Shown here: in pieces, positions 1 through 11,321 of the stretch
Position numbering within the stretch: position 1 is the first letter of the stretch
Layout of the letters: each line of letters begins with the position of its first letter
NCBI RefSeq assembly: GCF_006345805.1
Contig: NW_021835226.1
Coordinates: 1-46,740, forward strand
Reading direction: 5' to 3'
DNA: 46,740 bases
Source of the DNA: Octopus sinensis
Lineage: Eukaryota
Program-made: the position numbers and the translations under genes
Notes under the pieces: generated by a model
What the model was told of the DNA's origin: nothing
The model's database searches: none
What the model saw: the letters and a program-made list of their open reading frames with translations, nothing else

Positions 1-1283
1 TCAATTCATCCTATGATTTTCTCTTTAAAATTAAATGTATATCATTATCGACCATGAATCAAAATTAAAGCTATTATCATATTTGACTTTGACAGAATGT
101 GCAATTACAGATTGCACGACCTTGAATAGAGTGTGCAATTAACAGATTTTGAAAAACACTTTGATAGTTAAAACCACATTAGCACAATCATTAACACAAT
201 TTACCACCAATTGACAGCGCAATCAGAAGAATTTGCGTAAAAATATTAACTATTTAGTTAAGTTTTTCGTAAAGATAGAATTTATTTTCGGCATGCCTCT
301 TTTCCTAAACTTTTTTATTATTCAAAAATAATTTTTTAAATAGATAACCGAAGGAGGAAAAACGAAGCTGAAGAAAAAACGGTCAGCTTAAGGTAATTAA
401 TTAAATCTTTTTTGTGTGTCGCTTTTCTGCTGCTACTCTGCCTGCCGCATCTCCGGCTGCCCCATTTCCGCCAGTGGTTTGTCTAATCAAGGTCACTAAG
501 CTAAATCTCCGGACTATAAAGGCTCTTAAGCATTATCTTAATTGGCTGTTAAAAAATTAGACTGGTTGTTGCCGTGGCGGCAGAGATTTTTTTTGTTTAC
601 TATTTTACAAATTTTTAAAGTTTTTTTTTGTTTTTTTTTTTTTTTGTTTTTAAATTATTTATTTTTATTTGTTTTTCTTTATTTTGTTATTTTTTCTAAA
701 ATTCAACCGGATTGAATTTTAAACTCCTTAGATCCCTCTGGAATGCCGAATCATCTTTTAAGTTAAAGATAGGCGTTCCAGTGGTTTTATTACGAAATCT
801 TGCGCCACCTAAATTATGCAACGGAACGAGGTTAGTTATCAAATTTGATGGCTAACGTAATAGAGACGACGATATTAACAGGTAAGTATAGAGGTGAGGA
901 TGTTTATATTCCACGAATTCCGATAATTTCTGATGAATTACCATTTAGATTTAAAAGGCTGCAATTTCCTTTGAGGATGAGTTTTGCAATGACAATAAAC
1001 AAGGCCCAGGGACAGTCATTAAAGGTAGTTGGGTTATTTTTAGAGAGTGAGTGCTTTTCACATGGACAGCTGTATGTGGGATGCTCGAGGGTAGGCAGAA
1101 GAGAAAATTTATTCATATATGCCAAGGAAGGACGGACGACAAACATCGTTTATCAACAGGCGATAGAATAGGGTTACATTAAACCAGGTAGTTTTATACA
1201 TCTACATAAACTTATAGTTGTTTGATGAAACAGGCCCTCCGCAGGAGCTAGGTCGCGGTGAGCGAAGCGAGCTGCCGAGCTAG
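1..1283 (+). mobile_element. Non-autonomous Helitron copy 1 (3' part; begins before the window), carrying a PIF1-helicase C-terminal fragment and an intact 3' end
   Basis: About 735-1171 encodes LKIGVPVVLLRNLAPPKLCNGTRL...RLQFPLRMSFAMTINKAQGQSL...FSHGQLYVGCSRV, the C-terminus of Helitron/PIF1 helicase, with frameshifts. The GC-rich subterminal GTGAGCGAAGCGAGCTGCCGAG is followed by CTAG (1280-1283) and then T. Positions 1-350 and 723-990 recur at 45814-46571. Confidence 0.9.
845..1171 (+). pseudogene. Helitron PIF1-like helicase C-terminal fragment
   Basis: Helicase motifs TINKAQGQS and HGQLYVGCSR. The N-terminal helicase and Rep domains are absent from this copy. Confidence 0.85.
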
Positions 1284-1298
1284 TACATTATATTTTAG

Positions 1299-2200
1299 AA
1301 AATTTTAGCTCTATTGGTGCCTAAATGTCCCGCTTATGACTGTGCTTTTCTTATCGAAAGATCATTTAAACTAATTACATCTAATTCAAATGGTATTAAA
1401 TTTGAACTTTATCTCAATATATTTAGATACGCATGAAGCAATTATGGGAATCGAACTGATTTGTTTATTTAATTCTTGGGAATTTATTTGTCAACAAGTT
1501 TTTGAAAAATATATTTATAGCATTCTAAATGATATAAAACTAAGATGGAGCGATTCTAATGAAAATTCTGATATAAAAATACTGAATAATATTTTTAATA
1601 TAATACGTAAAAAATCTTTTATTTTAAATTTAGAGAGATTGGCTTTTAATGCAAAAAGTTGGCAAGGCTGTTGCTTTAATGAACTTTCTCTTTTATTATA
1701 CACGTTTTCTAAAAAATTGAAAGGTATATCTAATTTCAAAAGTACTTTAATATAGATGAACGTGATAAGCAAATAATTATGCCTTGGCTTGATACAATTT
1801 TTACCATTGGAGGCTATACGGATCCTAATTTGTACATGGAGTTCGACAGGGAGTGGATTAAACCGCGTGAAGAACAAATTCCGCATGATTTGTCGATAAA
1901 AAGGCGAGATTTACATTTTCATTTAATTACAATTTGACATTTTTATATCATTGTCTATTTTTTTCATCATATGACTTTTAAAGAACTTTGAGACAACTTC
2001 ATCCCAACTCAATACAAATTGAATAATCTTTACTTTTGCTTCATGAAGGATCGACAGTTCGTTTGCAAGCAGGTCGAATTTGTGAATTTTTTAGCTTAAA
2101 CTTGCTTTAAACGATCATCTGAGGTAATGCATTTTTTATATAAAGGCAATTTTGTAAGAATCGTACATACAAAATTGCTTTCATATAACTCAATACTTTA
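1299..2200 (+). CDS. 3' exons of an unidentified multi-exon host gene (5' part presumably beyond the Helitron)
   Basis: An acceptor lies at 1297-1298. GT-AG introns 1393-1426 (34 nt) and 1724-1755 (32 nt) join a continuous frame KILALLVPKCPAYDCAFLIERSF...LFNSWEFICQQVFEKY...PWLDTIFTIGGYTDPNLYMEFDREWIKPREEQ. The 3' end could not be resolved, so the end coordinate is approximate. Confidence 0.6.
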
Positions 2201-2596
2201 ATAAATGGAATTCTTTTTGGTGTAAAACTCTTGTTTGATTGTTTAACTATGCCTACTTTTTTAGAAAAAATCTGAGTACACTCTTGATAAATTCTAGATT
2301 AAGTTAGAAAATTAAATAGTTAATTAATTTCTTCTAACAATAATTAATTGTTAATTCAACGGACATTGGTATTCCGTAAATTATGCAAAATTAAAATCTC
2401 TGAAAAATAAAAATTATTGGTTGAAACTTGTTACGTTGTCCAATTTTTTTTGTATTGTACTCAAAATCGAGACTTTTGACACTAGGAAAAAAATACTAAG
2501 TATAAGCATCTTTTACGAATAATCTGAAATTTCACTAAAAATAACTTATTAGGTATTTATAAGTAGAAATTATATTTATAAAAACAAAGTTAAAAC

Positions 2597-3013
2597 TCAA
2601 CTCCTTAAACTGGATCCATAGATTTTCAACGCACACATGAACTTTTTGATTTTTTCTTCATTGTAAGTCGTTGTTTGGATAGTATGCTTCAAACTCTAAT
2701 TAAATTTAGCATCAATATTTAAAATACTTCAACATATTCTTCGATTAATTTTCCTTGTTCCTCGTATGAATTAAAAACAAACTCCTCCAATCTTTGATAA
2801 GTTTTCATCATCTTGAAACTAAATAACGAATTATATTACTAGCGTTTCTATTTCTTGTTTGAGTTGATTGAGAAGTATTACGTCTTCGTCTCTTTTTTTG
2901 TTAAGATCTTGAATTATCTCCTGAAGAGATTCTTGTAAATATGACGAACTCAATTGAATGCTATAAAATAGTTATTAAATTTCAAACTTCTGTTCTTTAG
3001 AAAATTCGTCCAT
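2597..3013 (-). CDS. SYCE2: SYCE2-like synaptonemal complex central element protein (4 exons, 109 aa)
   Basis: ATG at 3013. Introns 2961-2987 (27 nt), 2812-2839 (28 nt) and 2696-2727 (32 nt); stop at 2597-2599. The spliced product MDEFSKEQNIQLSSSYLQESLQEIIQDLNKKRDEDVILLNQLKQEIETLMMKTYQRLEEFVFNSYEEQGKLIEEYVESLK... aligns by eye with the recalled SYCE2 core LQKRAQELIENINKSRQKDHALMTNFR...LEERIYQIYNDHNKIIQE. Confidence 0.72.
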
Positions 3014-3476
3014 TGTACTACACAGCAATCAACTAAATTTTCCCAGACTAATTTATAATACTATAGTTAAATTTCGAATAATTGTATTATTAATTTACTA
3101 AATATGCTATAAATCAAAGATAAAAATAACTTTAGAATCAAAAGTTAACATAAAACGTTAAAAAGCCAATTTTTCCTAAATCTTTAATTGGCAGTTTCTA
3201 GAGATTTTTCCCGTTAAGTTTATATATCCTGGGCAGTCTCATCCAGTGAGTTGATTGGAGTATTTCCATGTCCCTTTAGAAATATTGTTTATTCAAAAGG
3301 AAAAGCCAAATAAGAGAGAGAAAATTAATAAGACAACGCATGCCTCTTTTGCGTTGTTTCCCTTTTTTTGTTTAATTGCAGATTTGAGAAACAAATGCTC
3401 TGATGAAAGTGACGTGATGTGTGTTCTAGTGTGTAAAAAATAGAAATTTAAAATAACAAACCCAGACTACGTAGGC

Positions 3477-3590
3477 TTCCGTGCCATCAATCTTGGCATT
3501 CGTGCTATTTACCTCGGTCTCTGTGGCATCTATCTCGGCTTTTCCGCCGTCTATTCCTGCCTCCGTACCATCTATATGCCTGAGTATTGT
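3477..3590. repeat. Imperfect 21-bp tandem repeat (about 5 units)
   Basis: Period 21: ttccgtgccatcaatcttggc / attcgtgctatttacctcggt / ctctgtggcatctatctcggc / ttttccgccgtctattcctgc. The minus strand reads as heptads (AGIDGGK AEIDATE TEVNSTN AKIDGTE). Confidence 0.6.
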
Positions 3591-3699
3591 ACTATTTATA
3601 CAAAACTCAGAGTTCGATTCTATTTAGATAGCAAACACACTTTGTGGTTGCGAAATCCCTCGTAAGGCTCGAGTGACACGCCTTCACTCGGGGGATTAC

Positions 3700-4505
3700 G
3701 TTTTGGACTTCAAAAGTAAAGATCTTTCCGCTTTTGTTGATATTGTACGCAAAACCAGCCTTTCTGACCAAATCTTCACAAAATCGAGGAGACAAAGCTA
3801 CGCGCGTTAGTGATAATGCTTAGGAACCTCCCGAATTGAGTTGAAACTGAGAAACTTGTAAAGTATTTGGGTAAACTAATCTCTCCGGGTTTCTGGTTAA
3901 GAGATTTTTCCAGAATGGAAGTCCACTTCTTTTGCTAAAGTGACCATCCCCTCTTGTAGTGAGGCAACATTCATTGTGCGAACCGGCTTAAAAATCGGTT
4001 TCCGCTAAATTTTCTGTACCTCGTACAAGCAACCAGACATTCATTAACTGTTTGGCTTAAACAACTACGACTGGAAGTATCGCCCAAAAAGTCTTTTGTA
4101 ATCTTTTTCATCACTTGCAAACATTATTCGAGAAGATCTTTAATCACAATTAACAACGAGACAATACTTTTTACGGGCACGCCAACGATCTTTGGAGTGA
4201 CCTTTGATCAAGGACTCAAATTTGAAAAACATGCTGAAAACCGGGTCACTGCGGCGCTCATGAAAATGAGGATTCTGAAGTTGATTTTAAAATTCCTCGG
4301 TAGAAACGTTAAGACCCTAACTGTATATCATCAATTCATACAACCGACTCTAACCTACGCAAGCAAATCGTGGTCTATGGTTATCTCCCGCTTCTTCCTA
4401 ATGAAATTATCCACAATTTATGAAGTCGCCAAAAGATTAATTGGCTGGAACCTTTTATCCAACACCCTGAAGGCAGTTCTCATCAAAAGGCAACAAAAAC
4501 GGTGA
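3700..4505 (+). mobile_element. Decayed APE-type LINE: ORF1-like remnant plus RT C-terminal remnant
   Basis: 3780-4010 reads ALVIMLRNLP..ETEKLVKYL..GFLVKR..PLLLL, resembling Jockey/I ORF1. 4190-4400 reads GVTFDQGLKFEKHAENRV...VYHQFIQPTLTYASKSW, the RT thumb motif LG(V)xFDxxLxFxxH...RPxLxYAS. Stops and deletions throughout. Confidence 0.6.
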
Positions 4506-5559
4506 GGACAGCCCACATGGGCAATTACGGAGGATACCCAATCACCAAGGAACTTCTTCAAAAGGGGATAGCCTTGAAGACCCCGGATCATAGAACAAAG
4601 CCGAAAGTTGATACGGCTTCCGCATTGAAAAAACAGGAAAAGAAAGTATGCAAACAGTTTGAAAAGGAGGGAACTTTATCAAAAATGCAAAACTCGTGGA
4701 CTTGAGTCAAACACGATGAAAACTGCGACGCCGTCTATATCTACACAAAACCCAAAATTAAAGGAAGAACAGGGGGTGAACACAACCGATTTTACGAATC
4801 TACCTATCAGCATCCAATTGAAAACATCTCCTCAAATATAAAGATCAAAAAACTTGATAAAACTCTCAAAGAAGCTATACCGGATTTCCTTCAAGAATTA
4901 CGAAAAAAAAGTACATCAAATTAAATAGAAACAGAAAGACACAGATAGACGAATCTTTGAGAAAGCTTATAAAAAGGAAGGAGAACCTTAAAAAGAAAAT
5001 GAAAAGGAAGGATACGTACCAGAATCTTGGAAAAAGTCAATCGTGCTTACATGATTGGATCGTAAAATAAAGAAACTTTTTTTAAACAGAACACATATGT
5101 CAGTCAAGTTTTGATCGCTACATCACTGACTATTTGTACATCCTCGTGAAAATTCGATACCCAATGTTGCTTCTATCAAACTTAAAGAAGACTTAATCCG
5201 AAGTTTAAATAATATTCACCGATGCTCTCTAAAATAGGTGAAATTTTTTGTAGATAAAAAATAAAATATCCTTATTTTATGTATCTAATAAAAAATTTTA
5301 CATTAAAATGCATTCTATTGGTGGAAAAAACGTGGTTTTGTCTGATTTATTACACAAGTGACATAACACCACTAACTATTCTAGTGTTACAAAATGCTTA
5401 TAAAATAATTCACTGTTAAAATTGAAAAATTAAGAATAGTAAGGTACCATGATAGATCAAAAAATGTGAACGTTATTAATTAAGAATGGCAGAATCAAGA
5501 TGCCCATACATCTTATGAACATCAAAAGAAAGAATATCAATGACAGATCGTCCATCAGA

Positions 5560-6019
5560 AGAAATTGTTCTCCCTGAATCCACGACATTAATCAAGTTCA
5601 ATTCTTTTAAGGAAGATAGACAACTTCTAACAAGAGACCGAGACCCCTTGTAAAAATGACATGGTTTACATCCTCTCCTTTTTTTAGCTAATTATAATTG
5701 TAATAAAATAACTAACATCCATAAATCTTTTGAAATCTCAGAAGACTGATAGGTTTACGAGTTTTATAGAGTTTAAGAAGAATGGAGGCTAAAATAAATT
5801 AATAATAAATATACCAGTACGAGTAACAAACCAGTCCGGGTCCATTGGTGCAAGCTCCTTGGCGTTGCTAGTTTTAATAAAGTTGACATTAGATGGAATC
5901 TTAAATTTGTCAGACCTGTTTAACTTATAGTATTTATACCTTTTAAGATAATCGCGTATTGCTTTTACTAATAAATGTGGATTTACATCTTTTCCACTAA
6001 TAGAATGACATTGTTCCAT
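5560..6019 (-). mobile_element. Decayed LINE APE-endonuclease fragment
   Basis: GIFIINLF*PP resembles the I(I)N(I)Y(A)PP motif; a degenerate GDxN-like segment follows. Multiple stops. Confidence 0.4.
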
Positions 6020-6439
6020 ATTCTATCACAAAGAAAAAATATTGCACGTTAATTTATTGATTAGATATTATATGAAGGATAGTATTTATATATTATAATT
6101 AATATATGAATTAACTATTTTATAATAAGGTTTGCCGCCACTTTTTAAAATATAATTTTCTTAATGTTCCTCCAAATTTTCAATACAGCCTTCCGGATCC
6201 AAAGAGAGGTGGGGAATATCTGTTCCCATTTGTCAGGCTCCTACCGTCGCTCACTGCACATCATTTTTTTAGGAAGGGTTTTACATAATGGAGATGGCTA
6301 ATGAAGATTTTTAGGCTAATGTTGATCGGCACAAACAGTTCCTTTTTTCCTTGGCTTCTTCATTCGATTAGTTAGCTGTGACTGTTTGTGCTGGGTTTGC
6401 TATGCAAGCTTGGGGGTTAATATATAAAAAAATTAATGT

Positions 6440-7100
6440 TCCTATTACCATCACAGAGATGCAAACTGCATTGCAGAAATTAAATCATGGTAGAAGTCCG
6501 GGTATTGGTGGCATTAATGGAGAACTTTTAAAATACTCACCAAGCTCACTCGTTCTCAGTTATGCAAATTTTGGACAAATAATTTTCTTAAAATCTCTAT
6601 AAAAACTACTGTCGTTGATTGTTTTTAACAGAATAATTTTTTGTCTGTGGGACAAATTGAGCTTAGAAGAGAGAGATCTACGGTCGATGTTGCTTGAAAA
6701 CACAGATGGGCGTGTGGCATGGCACAAAGGTTTAGAAAGGCAGTTCACATACTGGGGATATATCTATCCAGAACTTTTCCCATGGGACGCCCCTTCTAAA
6801 TTCCACATATCTCAACAGGCGGTTCTCACAGCGAACAAAAGATTTTCTTCCACACAAGAAGTTTTCTAGCCATCGATAGGTCTTTAGTGCATCGAAATCC
6901 TCTTCATTTTTGAATTTTTTGTTTATTTCTGTTAAGTTGTTGTTTAATGCGGTAGATAGGGTGGCCCTATGCCTTTCACGGAATGCCTTTTCGGGTCGGA
7001 CAAAATAGTTTTCCATTACGATGTTCGACGAAAACACTACACAGTCTTAATATGTGGCCAAAAAGCGCCATCTGGAATTCAGGCTTTCCATGGAGAGCAG
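6440..7100. mobile_element. Scrambled LINE RT fragments in both orientations
   Basis: Plus strand 6440-6545: ITITEMQTALQKLNHGRSPGIGGINGELLK (KAPGPDGI-type motif). Minus strand 6750-6890: KTYRWLENFLCGRKSFVRCENRLLRYVEFRRGVP, closely related to the RT at 19033-19644. Confidence 0.65.
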
Positions 7101-7486
7101 ACTCGAATTACATTGTTTTTATATGTCTGAGTTTGATATTTTTCTTGGGAATTTTATGCTTATAATTCTTATCAGTTGGTTTCGATGAAACTGCTTCAAA
7201 CTGTTCATTTCAGCTGTGGTGATTCCCCATGTCGATCAATTATACATCAGGACCCCGAAAATAAACGTGTTATAGATCTATAGTTTTGTCTTTGTATTTA
7301 GCTTTCTTAGACGCCTAATGTTTCAAAGTTTATACTATTCTGGTATTCTTAGGTCTGCTATTCTTATGAACTGCTATTTTTAGGTCGCGGAATATTATAA
7401 GCGGCAAATGATAGTATCTTTTTATGAGTGACATCTCTAGAGTCACCTAGTACTGATCCGACTTTAAATGCTTTCTCCAGAATTTC

Positions 7487-8540
7487 TTAGTGCTCCTGCA
7501 GTATGTGGTTAAGGTTTGTATTCTGATTTATCCTCCCAGTTAAGAATTTTGTAGTAAAAATCAGATATAGCCTCTGCTTCTTATTTTTTGTCAATAACGG
7601 CAGCTGCCGTGTTGTCCCAGACTGTGATCGTATTTTGCCTCTTTTTTTGTTTGACAGTTTCATAGACATGAACATTTTTGTCTCATCTTTTTGCTTTAAA
7701 TGTATGTTTTGGAGTTGCTTCTCAATTTCTTTGTACCTTCGCGATTTTTGTATTTTCTTTATATTTAGTAATATCTGGTTACGTAAATTTAAAAGTTCCC
7801 TTATAGTTTCAAGGTTACTGGAGTTTTTTATTTTTAGCCTCATGTCTTTTGCATTTCTGAAAATAAGCTTTTCTCTTTATTGTCAAATTTTTGTTGTTTT
7901 TGAGTGAATCCAACGACGTTTAGAGCTGTCCACATCATTGAGCTAGTAAAAATCAGACTGCACCCTATATTGTATTTTCAGGGTTCTTCGCGCCAATTTT
8001 GTTGAGTGTTTCAGGTAATCTGTTTGCCTACCTCTGTTTGACTTTTTCTTCATTGAATAGTTCAAGATTGACACTTTCTTGTTTGTCATCCGTAAGTTTT
8101 TCAACTATTTTTGTATACCTTCTACAGTCCGACGCGAGTGATTACTAACTTGTGGTCACTGTTTGTCTACAGTCCTCCATATGACCGAGAGTCAACAAAC
8201 AAATGTTCATGGGCAGCTTTGTAGAGAATGTAGTGCATTTGATTGTATATTTGTATGTAATTTCCATTTGAGTCCTTTCTGATTCGAGTCCATGTCGTTT
8301 TGTGTCTGGCTGGATGACGGAATGCCATGTTACATAAGAATAGTTCTAAGCAGGTACAGAATTGAATCGAGGCGACGCCAAGTGTATTTCTCCGGTTTCT
8401 TCCATATGATCCAATACATGTTTCCCAGGGTCGGTACAGCAAACTCGATATTGTGGTCAGCGATAAGTCCATCGGGGAAATTATTCTGGAGGTGGGCACC
8501 AAATTTGTTACTTCTGGATAAATCTTGATTACATTATATT
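7487..8540 (-). mobile_element. Decayed LINE ORF2 (endonuclease C-terminus and linker)
   Basis: YTWRRLDSIL-like APE motif followed by a basic linker (IRELLNLRNQILLNIKKIQKSRRYKE). 7368-7392 is shared with 9707-9733. Confidence 0.45.
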
Positions 8541-8570
8541 GAATAACTGCTTAGATTCCTAGTTGTTCTA

Positions 8571-9356
8571 TACCATATTCAAGTCAATTTGTCAACCGCA
8601 GAAATCAAATTTACAATTACAAACTTCTAATTTTTTTAAAAAACAGATATAATAATCAAAATAACAACGTCAGGAATTGAGCGGCCAAGCTCAATTTACG
8701 AGCGCAACGGGGCAGGGGTTATAGCCCAGAATGGCAATTTCCTCATCTGGGATGTCACGTGTGCAGACACGTGGTCTCATCCGCCTTATTGCCATTTGCT
8801 TCTTCTTCCGGCTCGACTGCTGCCTTGGCGGAAGCCCGCAAAGTCGAAAAGTACAAGAATCTTGCCACTTGGCATTCCTTCGTGCCTCTGGCCTTTGAGA
8901 CATCAGGCGCTTCCGGTCCGCTCACCTCATGCTTCATGAAAGACCTCGGTATCCTCATTGCTCGGAAGAAAATGGATGTTCGCGAATCCTTTTGGCTGAG
9001 GCAGAGGATCTCGCTCGCAATCGTGCGCGGCAACGCGCAGCAATTTGTCCGGCTGGGCTATAACTCCTGCCCCGTCGCGCTCGCAGATCGAACTTCTAAT
9101 TTGTAATTACGAAAGTCAATGTTGCATATAAAAAAATTTTCGCAAAATACATCGAAAATTGTTTGATGACTGAAAAAACAAGATATCGCAAGTACAGTAA
9201 TTATACAAAAAATAATAATTGAAACACATGAAAATTTTTGCGATTGACAGTCTTTATGTTCTTCTCTTGGAATGAATTTGAGTTTCGCGGTTGACATTTG
9301 AAGTTTGTAATTGTAAATATAAAGTTCCTAATAGACAAATTGACTTGAAAATGGTA
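8571..9356. mobile_element. Tc1/mariner(pogo)-type MITE, 786 bp, with TA TSD
   Basis: TIR TACCATATTCAAGTCAATTTGTC (8571-8593) pairs with GACAAATTGACTTGAAAATGGTA (9334-9356) at 22/23. TA flanks both ends (8569-8570, 9357-9358). There are additional subterminal inverted blocks and an inner inverted pair at 8700-8729 and 9053-9082. Confidence 0.8.
8731..9052 (+). mobile_element. Internal fragment of a CRE-clade restriction-like endonuclease, inside the MITE
   Basis: FLIWDVTCADT...AEARKVEKYKNLA..FVPLAFETSGASG...FWLRQRISLAIVRGNA matches the C-termini of the CRE copies at 11995-14970 and 21220-23925. Confidence 0.85.
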
Positions 9357-9689
9357 TAGATAATGTGGGGATAAAAGGGTTGTTCTTACAAGAGACCCAA
9401 CGGAGTAGACGTGTTCATAAATATGTTTACACGTTATTAGATTTCAGAGAGCTTTTTCATTTGATTCAAACGAGTTGTAATGATATGCTGAATGATTGAG
9501 GATTCAGACATTTGGAAGCCTACGTGGATCTGGTCAATGATATAAAAAAACTGGAGTCCAACCATTTCAGATGACATCCAAACGAAAGGACTTTGATTCC
9601 GAGGGTAGACTGTCGATTAACCTAGATGGTGGGCATCCTGTGATTGAATTGAGAACAGTATTTTTAAGATTTTATAAATTCGTAGAAGA

Positions 9690-9960
9690 GGAATTCCAAA
9701 ATCAACATGAACTGCTATTCTTAGGTCGCGGAAAAATAAATTTTTGTAAAATTCTGTCGGAATTTGTTAAAGTCGGTTGATTTTATTTCTCGCTATATAG
9801 CAGATGGTCAGAAGTCTAGTCAAATACCTTTCTGATAGCAATCGAGGCGAGAATGGTTCTTTGTAGTTGTTAAATTTTTCGGCGATGTAATCAATCAAAG
9901 TAGATAAATATATCGCCGTGGAAAGTTTAGGACAACTCACGCAAAACTTGGATACTAAGC
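9690..9960 (-). mobile_element. Decayed LINE APE fragment
   Basis: TSDHLL (APE SDH motif) near 9810-9830 on the minus strand; sequence is shared with 7368-7445. Confidence 0.4.
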
Positions 9961-10149
9961 GTGTACATGAATTAGAATGAATCTTTATGATTTTTGAAAT
10001 AGTAGAAAAGCAAAATAGCCCGAATTGAAAAATTGACTTCAACAATTATATTATTTTATAAACAATTTAATAAATTACTAAAGTTTTTTTTATAACAAAT
10101 GAAAACCTGATATTTATTTAAATACATTTTGTTAGAGTTTAATTACTTT

Positions 10150-11237
10150 ATGTGTAAAGTTGGGAAAAATTTAATTAATTTAAAAGAAACAAAACGTATT
10201 AATACTAAACAGGACTTTATTCGAATCGTAAGATATAATGGTTTAGTATATTTCTATTTTATTACAGTTGACGGAAACTATTGTTTATCTGGAGGAGATA
10301 AGTCGGTAAAATTATGGAATCCAAACGATGAGTGTCATGTCAAGTCATACATTGGTCACTCAGCAGATGTCTTGGGGGTTGATAGTTCCTGTGACAATTC
10401 TTGTATAACCACATGTTCAGCAGACAGAAGTGTAATTTTATGGGATGTCATCACAGGAAAAATAATGCAAAAATATCGCGAACATGCAGGTAAGAAATAT
10501 TCATTTGGATTCGACTTAACATAGGTCCTGTTAATGACGTGAAATTTTGTGAAGAAGGGACTATGCTAGTTTCATGCTCAATGGACGGAAGCGTTAAACT
10601 TTGGGATTGCCGTGGTCGTCATAGTAAGGCTATCCAGGTTTTAATTTTAATAACAAATTATAGACTCTTAATGAAGCTAAAGACAGTGTTAGCTCACTTG
10701 CCATTTCTAATTGTGAAATCTTCTCTTCTTGTATGGACGGTACTGTTAGAATTTATGATATTCGTAATGGAAGATTATTAACAGATATAATTGGGGGTAC
10801 ACAATATCGCCAGAACTCATTTTTTAGGCGCTCTCACTTTTGTGAAGTTGACTAGAGATTGCCGCTGTTTACTCGTTTCTACGTTAAACTCAACATTTTT
10901 GTTATTCGATAAAGAAATGGGATCTCTTCTTAATACGTTTATAAATAATTTTATTGTTAAGTTATTCAAAGCATAAAAGTGAAACATATAAAATTGAATG
11001 TTGTACTGGACTTCGTGATAAAACTGTATTTTCTGGTTCGGAAGATGGAAGAATTATATGCTACGACCTTATTGAAGTGAATAATTAAGCCTTTATGATT
11101 TTTAGACTTCAGTAATTGGGGAGTTTGATCCAGGTATATGTAAGGCGATTGCCTCCTTGTCGCATCATCCTACTAAGGAGGCGCTTATTTGCGCTTGTCT
11201 AAATGAACTGATTATATTAGAAACGTCTTCTGACTAG
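10150..11237 (+). CDS. WDR83: WD40-repeat protein WDR83/MORG1 (7 exons)
   Basis: ATG at 10150, TAG at 11235-11237. Introns 10241-10267 (27), 10490-10524 (35), 10638-10663 (26), 10797-10827 (31), 10937-10961 (25) and 11077-11105 (29). The spliced protein ..VRYNVDGNYCLSGG.DKSVKLWNP...YIGHSADVL...LWDVITGKIMQKYREHAGPVNDVKF...SGSEDGRI...LSHHPTKE follows the recalled WDR83 sequence motif by motif. Confidence 0.93.
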
Positions 11238-11321
11238 TTACTTTTCGATTCATTGATTATTTTAAGAGTTATCTTTTTTTAAAAGCTTAAGTCTTTATGG
11301 AATAAATAAACTAATTTACTT

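Noticed and set aside
420-600. Histone promoter or stem-loop-like motifs (CCAAT, TATAAA, GGCTCTT)
   Set aside because: There is no histone ORF on either strand and the stem-loop is incomplete.
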